Notes under the pieces: generated by a model
Seen by the model: only the letters and a program-made list of their open reading frames with translations
Told to the model about the DNA's origin: nothing
Databases searched by the model: none
Assembly (NCBI GenBank): GCA_046756925.1
Contig: JBHHXH010000004.1
Location: forward strand, 1 to 61,882
Direction: 5' to 3'
Source of the DNA: Nitrospiria bacterium
GTDB taxonomy: Bacteria; Nitrospirota; Nitrospiria; SBBL01; JAADHI01
Length of the DNA: 61,882 bases
Shown: piece by piece, positions 10,064 through 19,517 of the stretch
How positions within the stretch are numbered: position 1 is the stretch's first letter
Layout: the number at the start of each line of letters is the position of its first letter
Made by a program: the position numbers and the translations under genes

Positions 10064-12955
10064 ATGATCGTCGATACCCATGCTAAAAAACACAAGGACA
10101 CCACCGGCTGCGAAAAACGCAAAAAGTTTTTAAGTCTAAAGTGGAAAGTCCTCTTATGGGCCAGCCTGGTGCTTCTGATTGTCAATGTGTCCTTTCCTTT
10201 TCTCCACTATCGACATCTTATCGGTCAATTCGATGGACACCGCAATGCAGTCCACAAACAGTATGCAAGAGAATTCGAAAAACGATTGAAGCAAACTGCG
10301 GATCACTTGCAGCGCCTTGGAAGCCTCATCCCGTCTCTCGACGGGATGAGGGCGGCTTTGGCATCCCATGAAAACGATAAGATCGCTGCGGTCTTCGATC
10401 CACATTGGACACGGATACGATCGAACAATCGCATCGATACCCTTCGATTTTATTCGGACGCCGGAAAAACCCTGGCAAGTTGGGGTGCGAGTGGTGCGCT
10501 CGCTGAACAAGACCCCTTGATTAAGACATGGATCGACAAGGCAGCGGCGAGCGGACATCCCCTAATGGCCCTTTTATGCCGAAGGGAATGTACCCAATAT
10601 GTACTGACACCGATACGATTGGATGGAAAAACGGCCGGAACCCTTTTATTGGGAACCGCGCTTTCCAGGATGATCGCCGATTTTCAACAGATATCCGGCA
10701 TCGATATCGGACTGATCGTCAAGAGCGGAGGAAACCACACCCCCTCGGCACACCCTTCTGCCGGGATACCGTCATGGAACGCACATGTCGCATCCCTCAC
10801 CCACGAGGGTCATACCTTGCCGCTTCTAAAATGGATCGCAGGGCAAAACCCTTCGCTGGACCCTGCGAAAACAAGTCGAAAGACCACCTTCAATCAGATC
10901 GACTATGACATCGGGTTTATCCCCCTGCACGGACTGGCCGACGGCGGATCGGGACACCTTGTGATTATAGGCGATATCTCCGAAGCGCTCTCCAAGATAC
11001 GGATCGTCACGAAAAGAAGTTTGTTGGCCGGGTTCTTAAGCCTCCTGTTTTCGGAAGTATTCCTTTTTATGATCCTCTCGAACCCGACCACGCGCTTGGT
11101 GCGGATCGCCGAAACCCTGCCGCTGCTGGCGCAAAGCGCATTTGGATACGTTCGATCATCCGTCCGATGGAAAGAAAAGCACTGGAGGACCGACGAGATC
11201 GATATTCTGGGGAATACCGCCATTTCTCTTTCATATCAATTGGAAAAACTCGAAAACGAAGTACAAAAACGGACCAAGACCCTTGCGGACAGGATGGACG
11301 AACTTTCCACGGAAAAGGCCTTTGTGTCCAATCTTCTCGACACGGCGCGAGTCATCATCCTGACACAAAACGACACGGGCGAAATTGTGATGGTCAATCA
11401 ACACGGAAGCGATCTCACCGGCTACCCGCAAGGGGACTTGTCGGGAAGGAAGTTCACTTCGCTCCTGGCCCCCGATCAGACCAGCCCCGATTTGGCGGAG
11501 GCGCTGATCAAGCTGGTGGACGGGAAACAGGGGGATCTCTCGCACGAATCGGTCATCTCCTGCCGGGATCGCTCGACACGGCATGTCCTATGGTTTCATT
11601 CGCATCTGGCGAGGAAGGACGCGAAAGATCCCGCCATTCTATCCGTCGGGCTCGACTTTACCGCACGGAAACGCGCGGAGCTGCGTCTGTCTTGGTTGGC
11701 CGATCACGACTCCCTGACCGGTCTCTTCAACCGGAGACGCTTTCAAAGCGAAACCGACCGCATCCTCGCCGAGGCAAAGCGCTACAACCGATCGGGCGCC
11801 TTATTGGTATTCGATCTCGACCAATTCAAATATGTCAACGACACCCGAGGACATCATGCAGGAGACATGCTCCTGAAAGCGGTGGCGGACCACCTGTCTC
11901 GCATCGTCCGGTCCACCGATTTTGTCAGCCGCCTGGGAGGCGATGAATTTGCGCTGGTCATCTCCGAAGTCGGTCAAGAGGGGGCCGTACAGGTCGCCGA
12001 AAAAATCATCGAATTCTTAAACGAAGTCGAGATCCCCGTCTTTGAAGATTGCTACAAAGTGTCGGCCAGTATCGGGATCGCCCTTTTTCCGAAACACGGC
12101 ACGACAGTTCAAAAACTCCTTTCGAATGCCGACATCGCCATGGTGCAGGCAAAAGATCGAGAGCGCGGCAACTGGCACATCTTTTCGGGTCAGGAGCCGA
12201 TCAAGGCACGCATGCAGAAGCGCGCCTATTGGGAAGACAAGATCAAACAGGCCCTCGACAAGGACGATTTCGTACTCCACTTTCAACCGGTTCAAGATGT
12301 TTCGAATGGGTCGACCTATTTTTACGAAGCCTTGTTGCGCATGCATCATGACGAAAAGCTGATCCTACCAGGCGCCTTTATCCCGATTGCCGAAACATGC
12401 GGCCTGATTTTTCCGATCGACCACATGGTCCTCAACAAGGTGATTGCCGCACAGGCGCACTTGGCAAGCAAAGGCGTGCAGACCACCTTTGCGATCAATC
12501 TTTCGGGCCATGCATTCAACGACCGGGAACTTCTCCCCCACTTGGAAAAAACCTTAAGGCATTCCGGCGCCGATCCGAAATCCATCATACTGGAAATCAC
12601 GGAAACCGCAGCGGTATCCGACCTCGTCGCCGCCTGTACCCTCATGGAAGAGATAAAAGCCTTGGGCTGCCGTTTTGCGTTGGACGATTTCGGGATGGGA
12701 TTCTCTTCATTCAACTATATGAAACAATTGCCGGTCGACTTCGTGAAAATCGGAGACACCTTTATTCGAGATCTGTCCACGCACGCCGACGACCAGATCT
12801 TCGTGAAATCCTTAAGCGAAGTCACAAGGGGCCTCGGGAAAAAAACCGTCGCGGAAGGCGTCGAAGATGAAAAAACCCTCGCCTTGCTCCGCGAATATGC
12901 CGTGGATTTCGCCCAAGGCTACCATGTAGGAAAACCGGCGCCGACAATCGTTTAA
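10064..12955 (+). CDS. Membrane sensor (Cache-like periplasmic region)-PAS-GGDEF-EAL c-di-GMP enzyme, copy 1
   Basis: Two TM segments around a ~270 aa periplasmic region, PAS, HDSLTGL, RSTD I-site, GGDEF, EALLR, EITE, DDFGMG, AEGVE and QGY. Confidence 0.92.
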   Translation: MIVDTHAKKHKDTTGCEKRKKFLSLKWKVLLWASLVLLIVNVSFPFLHYRHLIGQFDGHRNAVHKQYAREFEKRLKQTADHLQRLGSLIPSLDGMRAALASHENDKIAAVFDPHWTRIRSNNRIDTLRFYSDAGKTLASWGASGALAEQDPLIKTWIDKAAASGHPLMALLCRRECTQYVLTPIRLDGKTAGTLLLGTALSRMIADFQQISGIDIGLIVKSGGNHTPSAHPSAGIPSWNAHVASLTHEGHTLPLLKWIAGQNPSLDPAKTSRKTTFNQIDYDIGFIPLHGLADGGSGHLVIIGDISEALSKIRIVTKRSLLAGFLSLLFSEVFLFMILSNPTTRLVRIAETLPLLAQSAFGYVRSSVRWKEKHWRTDEIDILGNTAISLSYQLEKLENEVQKRTKTLADRMDELSTEKAFVSNLLDTARVIILTQNDTGEIVMVNQHGSDLTGYPQGDLSGRKFTSLLAPDQTSPDLAEALIKLVDGKQGDLSHESVISCRDRSTRHVLWFHSHLARKDAKDPAILSVGLDFTARKRAELRLSWLADHDSLTGLFNRRRFQSETDRILAEAKRYNRSGALLVFDLDQFKYVNDTRGHHAGDMLLKAVADHLSRIVRSTDFVSRLGGDEFALVISEVGQEGAVQVAEKIIEFLNEVEIPVFEDCYKVSASIGIALFPKHGTTVQKLLSNADIAMVQAKDRERGNWHIFSGQEPIKARMQKRAYWEDKIKQALDKDDFVLHFQPVQDVSNGSTYFYEALLRMHHDEKLILPGAFIPIAETCGLIFPIDHMVLNKVIAAQAHLASKGVQTTFAINLSGHAFNDRELLPHLEKTLRHSGADPKSIILEITETAAVSDLVAACTLMEEIKALGCRFALDDFGMGFSSFNYMKQLPVDFVKIGDTFIRDLSTHADDQIFVKSLSEVTRGLGKKTVAEGVEDEKTLALLREYAVDFAQGYHVGKPAPTIV

Positions 12956-13002
12956 AAGCCTACGCCACCATTTTATTCTGCCGGAATGGATCAGGAGGAC
13001 CT

Positions 13003-13275
13003 ATGCGCTTTGTAATGATCGGTCGAGACGGCCCGGAGGGCCAGGAAAAGAGAAAACGTTGCAGAGAAGGGCACATACAGCGTTTAAAGACACTCGATAA
13101 AGAACACAAATTAATCCTCGCCGGTCCCTTTGCGGACAAAAGCGGCAGCCTCATCGTCTTTGAAGCCGAATCATTTGAAGCAGCCAAAGCTTTTGCGGCT
13201 GAAGACCCCTACGTAAGAGAATCCGTCTTCGAAAGCTACGAAGTAAGACCTTTCAAACAGGTCTTTCCTGAGTAA
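13003..13275 (+). CDS. yciI: YciI family protein
   Basis: R..H..RL, AGPF, GSLIV and AEDPY motifs; AGGAGG RBS. Confidence 0.88.
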   Translation: MRFVMIGRDGPEGQEKRKRCREGHIQRLKTLDKEHKLILAGPFADKSGSLIVFEAESFEAAKAFAAEDPYVRESVFESYEVRPFKQVFPE

Positions 13276-13488
13276 CCCTCAGGTCCCACCCTACTTTTGC
13301 GGCCTTAAATTCGATATCTCGGTTTTCGAGCTGCATATATATACCCATATCAGAAAGGGCACCCACCCAGATCGGCACTAAACGACCCTCGACTATAAGT
13401 CGAGAGATTCACGAAGGGTCGATTGAAATCGACGTCATCCACCTTGCATAAAATCGTTTTTACTCAAGTGCAGAATCACGATATCTTT

Positions 13489-13514
13489 TCCTATATAGAA
13501 ATCCTATATAGAAA
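13489..13514. repeat. 13-bp tandem duplication TCCTATATAGAAA x2
   Basis: Exact adjacent copies at 13489-13501 and 13502-13514, each containing the palindrome CTATATAG. Confidence 0.9.
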
Positions 13515-13840
13515 CGCTTCCCCTGGATGAAGAGAAACCAAGAAAGAAATCGACTCCACAAGTATATATGGATCATTACAATCCATATTTAAGGCTCCGG
13601 ACCAATACACAATGTCCCAGTTACCAAAACCGGCCCATAACCATAAAATTTCATTATTAATAAAAAATAAGTACGATATTAGAATGAACTAACGATTATA
13701 GCATGTATATTGCTTTTTTATTGCCCGGATCTATTGTCCTTCGGTACACGCAACACCGGCCTATGATCTTATAGATTACCGGCCTTAGGAATACCTTAGC
13801 CTATATTTTATAGCAATTATATTGTATTTAAGGAGATCAA

Positions 13841-14608
13841 ATGAATTTGACCGAAAGTTTCAACCATCACTTTCAAATCGTAACACCCAATTCAGACAAA
13901 TTAATGCAAGAGGCGATGCATCTGCGGTATATGGTATATTGCGTCGAAAATACGTTGGCTGAACCGAAAGACCACCCGTCCCACATTGAAACAGACCGTT
14001 ACGATCGCCATTCAGTGCATCGACTCATTCAACATAAGCGCACCGGTGTACTTGTCGGCTACGTCAGGTTGATCCTGTCGTCTTCAATCGGCAGATGGAA
14101 CCGGCTCCCGATTGAAGAAAATTTTAACCGGGTCTTTTATAAGGACGCCCTCAAATCCGTTCAACTCAAGAGAAAATCACTTTCTGAAATCTCCAGGTTT
14201 ATCGTTTCTAAACGGCGATTACAAAGAATTACAAATAGGCACCTGCGGGATTCGGACAAAAAAGATACCGGCCCCCTTTTCCTACCGCCGGTGGCACTCG
14301 GATTGTTCAAGGCCATATTTAACATGGCCATGGAAAAAAATGTCGTGCATAGCTATGCGTGCCTCGAACCTCCGTTGTTGAGATTATTAAAAAGGTTCGG
14401 CATCGTTTTTAAACCGATCGGGCCAATAGTCGACTATCACGGCAAAAGGTTGCCCTGTTTTCGGAGTATTGTGTCCTTATTGTCCGGAATATATCTAAGC
14501 CGCCCTGATATCTGGAGATTTATCATTCAAGACAGCCACGGGCAAGACAGTCACGGGGTGTATTTAAACGATGACGGGAAACCGTATTGGTTCCGTGAGG
14601 TGTCTTGA
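13841..14608 (+). CDS. PEP-CTERM/exosortase-associated-type acyltransferase (ExoAT / N-acyl amino acid synthase-like, GNAT/LuxI-like fold)
   Basis: LRYxVYCVE, ETDRYDRHSVH, VGYVRLI, LPIE, EISRF, EPxLxRLL.RFG and IGP.VDYHGKRxP motifs; AAGGAG RBS. Confidence 0.8.
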   Translation: MNLTESFNHHFQIVTPNSDKLMQEAMHLRYMVYCVENTLAEPKDHPSHIETDRYDRHSVHRLIQHKRTGVLVGYVRLILSSSIGRWNRLPIEENFNRVFYKDALKSVQLKRKSLSEISRFIVSKRRLQRITNRHLRDSDKKDTGPLFLPPVALGLFKAIFNMAMEKNVVHSYACLEPPLLRLLKRFGIVFKPIGPIVDYHGKRLPCFRSIVSLLSGIYLSRPDIWRFIIQDSHGQDSHGVYLNDDGKPYWFREVS

Positions 14609-14634
14609 TCTTAAAGGGTGACTTAAAGGGTGAA

Positions 14635-15054
14635 ATGAGATCTTTCTTATTTCTCTTTATATTGATATACCTTGCCGCAACGAGCTCTACGACGAATGCC
14701 CAAGCCGTGGTTGTCAATAAAAGTGTCGGTCAGAAAGAGATTTCAAAGAACGCCCTTCGGGCTATTTTCGGTATGCGCCTGAATAAGTGGCCCAACGGCA
14801 CAGGGGTGAAAGTTTTTGTTCTGAGAGACAACGCCCCGCTCCATATCAAATTTTGCAAAAAAGTCTTAAATGTTTTCCCCCACCAGTTACGGCGGGCCTG
14901 GGACAGGCTAATTTATTCGGGAACGGGTCAAGCGCCGTTTGAAGTCGCTTCAGAGAAAGAGATGCGTCAAAAGATCGCGAATACACCTGGGGCAATCGGC
15001 TACTTAGTGATGGAGAAGAACGATACCGATGTCAAAATACTACAAGTACGCTAA
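14635..15054 (+). CDS. Small secreted type-2 periplasmic-binding-like protein (single lobe, ~140 aa)
   Basis: Signal peptide; VVVN, LRAIF...WPNG, W.RLIYSGTGQAP and PGAIGYL motifs. Confidence 0.75.
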   Translation: MRSFLFLFILIYLAATSSTTNAQAVVVNKSVGQKEISKNALRAIFGMRLNKWPNGTGVKVFVLRDNAPLHIKFCKKVLNVFPHQLRRAWDRLIYSGTGQAPFEVASEKEMRQKIANTPGAIGYLVMEKNDTDVKILQVR

Positions 15055-16249
15055 GTTTCTTAATATTGGGAAATTCGTAGCGGTGTTCACTCTCTTCTGG
15101 ATGCAAGCGTTTTTCGTTCCGCCTGCCCATGGCCAAGGATGGTCCGATAGCCTCCAGTTTCACGGGTTTGCCAGCCAGGGCTTTATCGATACCACCGATA
15201 ATAACTTCTTCGGAAAGAGTGAGAACGGAAGTTTCGACTTCACCGAGCTGGGAATCAATGCTTCGATTCGACCGGTTCCCGACTTGCTCTTCTCGGCACA
15301 AATCCTATCACGCCGTGCCGGCAAAGGAGATCGCGGCAATATAAGGTTAGACTACGGCCTCGTCGATTTCAGTATCCTCTCTAACGGGATGGGCAGTCTA
15401 GGTATCCGCATCGGCAAAATAAAGAACCCTTTCGGATTTTACAACGAGACGCGGGATGTGGCCTTTACCCGCCCAAGCATATTCCTTCCCCAATCGATTT
15501 ACTTTGTCCGCACGCGGAACCCGGCCTTATCGTCAGACAGTCTTATCGCTTATGGGGAACGACAGATGGCGTCAGGAAATCTATTTTTTCAAGTCGGATT
15601 GGGCTACCCGAATGTCGATGGCATCGAGACGGAACGCGCCGTCCTCTTATCGGACCGCCTTGGAAGACTCGACGATCAACTTTCATACATCGGAAGTATC
15701 CTTTTCGAACAAAATGAAGGAGAAGTTCGACTGGGACTCAGCAGCGCCGTCGTCAATATTAATTACAAGCCCGGAACAGGCGATCCGCTTCGAGCAGGAT
15801 CCATCCGTTTTAGGCCCTTGATTTTTTCCGCCCAATACCATGCCGAATCGTGGAGTATCACCTCGGAATACGCACTCCGTTTCTTTAAAAAAAAGGACCT
15901 TGTCGCCATCCCGGATAGCGAACAAACGGGGAAGAGTTTTTACCTACAGGGCACATATAGAATCCTCAAGCGCTTAGAAGGGGTCATCCGTTATGATCTC
16001 CTTTATCAGGACCGTGACGACAAAAACGGAAACAAGTTTACTTCCCAAACGGGCCTTCCCAACCATCTTGTATTCGCCAAAGACTGGACATTCGGTTTGC
16101 GCTGGGATATAACGAATTCACTGATGTCACGTATCGAATACCATCATGTGGACGGTACCGCCTGGCTTCCACTCTTGGATAACCCCGACCCGTCCTCCAT
16201 AAAACAGGATTGGAATATGTTTGCATTTCTGCTTTCTTACCGTTTTTAA
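15029..16249 (+). CDS. Outer-membrane beta-barrel (porin-like)
   Basis: Signal peptide; HGFASQG, G.IK.PFGFYNETRDV.FTRP motif; alternating aromatic strands; C-terminal BAM signal FLLSYRF. Confidence 0.8.
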   Translation: MSKYYKYAKFLNIGKFVAVFTLFWMQAFFVPPAHGQGWSDSLQFHGFASQGFIDTTDNNFFGKSENGSFDFTELGINASIRPVPDLLFSAQILSRRAGKGDRGNIRLDYGLVDFSILSNGMGSLGIRIGKIKNPFGFYNETRDVAFTRPSIFLPQSIYFVRTRNPALSSDSLIAYGERQMASGNLFFQVGLGYPNVDGIETERAVLLSDRLGRLDDQLSYIGSILFEQNEGEVRLGLSSAVVNINYKPGTGDPLRAGSIRFRPLIFSAQYHAESWSITSEYALRFFKKKDLVAIPDSEQTGKSFYLQGTYRILKRLEGVIRYDLLYQDRDDKNGNKFTSQTGLPNHLVFAKDWTFGLRWDITNSLMSRIEYHHVDGTAWLPLLDNPDPSSIKQDWNMFAFLLSYRF

Positions 16250-16263
16250 ACAGGCATCACAGT

Positions 16264-19146
16264 ATGACCGAAAAACCAAAGAATAATCATCTCCGTTCCG
16301 GCAGGCTTCGACGCTTTTTAAGCCTCAAGTGGAAGGCCTTGTTATTCTTCAGTTTGGTTTTGATCGCGATAAACGCCTCTTTCCCTCTCCTGAGCTACAT
16401 CAACCTGACGAGACAGTTTGATGCGCGTCGTGTCATGGCTCACCAACAACACGCCCTGGCCTTTGAAGGGATATTGGAGCAGACCTCACAACGCTTGGTG
16501 CAACTGGGCGGCATCATTCCCTCCCTAAAGGGGATGGAAAAGGCTCTTTCCACCGGTGGGGAAAAAGAGATCGTTGCGGCATTTGGAAATCATTGGCCCC
16601 TGTGGCAACTGGATACAGGGATCAGTACAGCTCGTTTTTATTCGGAAAGAGGCCAGGAATTGGCAGCTTGGGAAAGTCTTGAAGCAACAGAGACCCAAGA
16701 TCCGGCTTTCGTCAGCATGAACGAAGCCGTCCGCAAAAAAGAAGCCCCCGTGACCGCTCTGTCGTGCAACAAGGTCTGTTCCGAGTATGTCATGATTCCA
16801 GTTCTCTCCAGTGGCAGGAATACCGGCGCGATATTATTGGGAACATCATTGGCCGACGTGATTTTAAGTTTTCGAAAAATTTCCGGCGTCGATACCGGTA
16901 TCATGATCGACAAGAGGAAGGACGAACAGCCCGCAGCCAATGCTTCTAAATCCATTTCATCATGGAATTCCGAACTGATCGCCCTGACAAACATGGATCG
17001 GACAATTCCGCTTCTAAAGAAGACCGCGCAAGAAGCCCCGTCAATCGATACAGTTAAAAGAGGCCGAAAAATCGATTTCGACAACAGGATTTATGAACTA
17101 CGCCTGATCCCGCTACAAGGGATGGTTCATGCTGGCTCGGGGCATATCGTCATCATAGACGATATTTCCGAACCCCTGTCGGAAATACGTGCAGCGACTC
17201 AACAAAGTATGTGGGCGGGGTTGATCGGCCTCTTTATTTCAGAAGGGCTTCTATTGGTCTTTTTATCAGCACCGATGAAACGACTCAGCCGTATTGCAAC
17301 AACCCTTCCGCTCCTTGCCCAAAATGCATATCGAGATTTTCGCCAAGCTGCAGTAAAACGAAAGCAGGTCTGGGTCACGGATGAAATCGATACACTGGGG
17401 GAGACCGCCATTACACTTTCTTTCCAATTGGAAAACCTTGACGAGGAAGTCAAGAAACGGACCCAAAGTCTTGCGGACAGGATGGAGGAGCTGACAAGCG
17501 AAAAGGCCTTTATTTCCAATCTGCTCGATACCGCACGGGTCATCATCTTAACGCAAAATAAAAACGGCAAGGTCATCACCTTTAACCGGTACGGGAGCAA
17601 TTTAACCGGTTACTCGCTCTCCGAGCTCATCTCCAAGCCCTTTCTAGACCTTTTGTCCGGAGCGGATCTCTCACCCGAGCTTTCGGAAGGGCTCTTGCAG
17701 ATCGGCCTGGGACAACGGAATCATTTCTCCCACGAATCGGTCTTGACCTGTAAAAACGGGTCGAAACGCTATATCGTCTGGTTCCACTCCCGCATCGAGA
17801 GAAAAGGGGAGGGCAAGGCCGCTGTTTTATCCGTCGGTCTCGATTTTACAGAGCGCAAACAGGCGGAGACGCGCCTTGCTTGGTTGGCGGATCACGACCC
17901 GCTGACGGGTTTGTACAATCGCCGCCGTTTTCAGAAAGAGCTCAACCGGGTTCTCGACGAGTCGAATCGATTCAACCAAAAAGGCGCCCTCCTTTTCTTC
18001 GACCTCGATCAGTTCAAATACGTTAACGACACCCGAGGCCATCACTCGGGAGACGCCCTCCTTCAGGTCGTCGCCAAACGGCTTTCGCAACTGGTCAGAC
18101 CGACCGATTTTATCAGCCGTTTGGGTGGAGACGAATTTGCTTTCGTGATATCCAAAACGGATCGGAAAGGCGCGATTAAAATGGCGGAGAAGATTTCAAA
18201 AAACTTAAACGACATCGAAATTCCCTATCTTGAGCACAGATACAAGGTCTCCGCCAGCATCGGAATTGCGCTCTTTCCAAATCACGGCAATTCGCTGCAA
18301 GCACTCCTCTCCAACGCAGATCTGGCAATGTACCAGGCCAAGGATCGCGCGCCCGGCCGTTGTCATGTCTACTCCAGTCGGGAACCCATTCGAGAAAAAA
18401 TGCAGAAACACGCCTATTGGGAGGACAGGATCAAACAGGCACTGGATAAAGACGGTTTTGTCATCCATTATCAACCGGTCATGCGTGTATCGAAAGGTTC
18501 GATTTCCTTTCATGAAGCGCTGATCAGGATGCGAAACAAAGATGATTCACTGATATCCCCCGGCGTGTTTATTCCGATCGCGGAGGCCTGTGGTTTGATC
18601 CATTCCATCGATCATTTGGTATTAAAAAAGGTCATTTCAACCCAGGCGTCATTGGCCCAAAAAGGCGTACACGCCACGTTCACCATCAATCTTTCCGGCC
18701 ATGCAATGAATGACAGGGCGCTTCTTCCCCTTTTGCGGAAAACCTTAAAACAAACCGGGGCGGATGCAAGAGCAATTATTTTCGAAATCACCGAAACTGC
18801 CGCGGTATCCGATCTGAGGGCGGCGTGCAAGCTGATGCTCGAAATCAAGAGCCTCGGCTGCCGTTTCGCACTGGACGATTACGGCATGGGCTTTTCGTCT
18901 TTTAACTATATGAAACAACTGCCCGTCGATTTTGTAAAAATAGGCGACACCTTTATCAAAGGATTAACCACCCAAACCGACGATCAAATCTTTGTCAAAT
19001 CGTTGAGTGAAGTCACAAGGCATCTTGAAAAAAAAACAATCGCCGAAGGAGTGGAAAGCCACGAGACACTGGCCTTGCTCCAAGAATACGCCGTCGATTT
19101 CGCCCAGGGCTACTATGTGGGAAAGCCGGCGCCGATGATCGTTTAG
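16264..19146 (+). CDS. Membrane sensor-PAS-GGDEF-EAL c-di-GMP enzyme, copy 2 (paralog of 10064..12955)
   Basis: Colinear with copy 1 from FLSLKWK to GKPAPxIV; RPTD I-site, GGDEF, EALIR and DDYGMG. Confidence 0.92.
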   Translation: MTEKPKNNHLRSGRLRRFLSLKWKALLFFSLVLIAINASFPLLSYINLTRQFDARRVMAHQQHALAFEGILEQTSQRLVQLGGIIPSLKGMEKALSTGGEKEIVAAFGNHWPLWQLDTGISTARFYSERGQELAAWESLEATETQDPAFVSMNEAVRKKEAPVTALSCNKVCSEYVMIPVLSSGRNTGAILLGTSLADVILSFRKISGVDTGIMIDKRKDEQPAANASKSISSWNSELIALTNMDRTIPLLKKTAQEAPSIDTVKRGRKIDFDNRIYELRLIPLQGMVHAGSGHIVIIDDISEPLSEIRAATQQSMWAGLIGLFISEGLLLVFLSAPMKRLSRIATTLPLLAQNAYRDFRQAAVKRKQVWVTDEIDTLGETAITLSFQLENLDEEVKKRTQSLADRMEELTSEKAFISNLLDTARVIILTQNKNGKVITFNRYGSNLTGYSLSELISKPFLDLLSGADLSPELSEGLLQIGLGQRNHFSHESVLTCKNGSKRYIVWFHSRIERKGEGKAAVLSVGLDFTERKQAETRLAWLADHDPLTGLYNRRRFQKELNRVLDESNRFNQKGALLFFDLDQFKYVNDTRGHHSGDALLQVVAKRLSQLVRPTDFISRLGGDEFAFVISKTDRKGAIKMAEKISKNLNDIEIPYLEHRYKVSASIGIALFPNHGNSLQALLSNADLAMYQAKDRAPGRCHVYSSREPIREKMQKHAYWEDRIKQALDKDGFVIHYQPVMRVSKGSISFHEALIRMRNKDDSLISPGVFIPIAEACGLIHSIDHLVLKKVISTQASLAQKGVHATFTINLSGHAMNDRALLPLLRKTLKQTGADARAIIFEITETAAVSDLRAACKLMLEIKSLGCRFALDDYGMGFSSFNYMKQLPVDFVKIGDTFIKGLTTQTDDQIFVKSLSEVTRHLEKKTIAEGVESHETLALLQEYAVDFAQGYYVGKPAPMIV

Positions 19147-19185
19147 AAACCCCTCTCTTCTCCGGCGGAATAAGGAGATGCCGAT

Positions 19186-19302
19186 CGATTTGTATTCATC
19201 GCTCGAATAGCCAGGACCTTTGCCGCCGAAGACGCCGACGTGAAAGACGCCATTTTCGAAAGTCGTGAAGTGAGGCCTTTCAAACAGGTTTTTCCTCCAT
19301 GA
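19186..19302 (+). pseudogene. yciI: Internally deleted yciI copy with lost start codon
   Basis: Reads RFVFIAR-IARTFAAEDADVKDAIFESREVRPFKQVFPP* versus the intact MRFVMIGR...AKAFAAEDPYVRESVFESYEVRPFKQVFPE*. TAAGGAG RBS is retained. Confidence 0.85.
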
Positions 19303-19517
19303 ATATCATGAGAGGGTTGGGTAATGTAACATGCATGTTGCAAGACCTGACTCTAAAAAGCTTGTCAATAATCTTTCTGAAATTTGAGTCTCACAAAAGG
19401 AATTTCTATTGGGATACTGAGCAGTGATTTTAACCTTTCAAGGGCATCCTTGAGACGATTCTTGATGACATTTTAAGTATCACTGAAACGGACGAGGACA
19501 GATTTTAAAAGGACCCA

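Noticed and set aside
9706-13840. c-di-GMP (GEMM) riboswitch upstream of either signalling unit
   Set aside because: Hairpins exist, but I could not find the GEMM consensus elements.
13841-14608. Calling the acyltransferase a LuxI AHL synthase
   Set aside because: The fold is related, but the motifs (YCVE, VDYHGKRxP) fit the ExoAT/FeeM-like group and no luxR is nearby.
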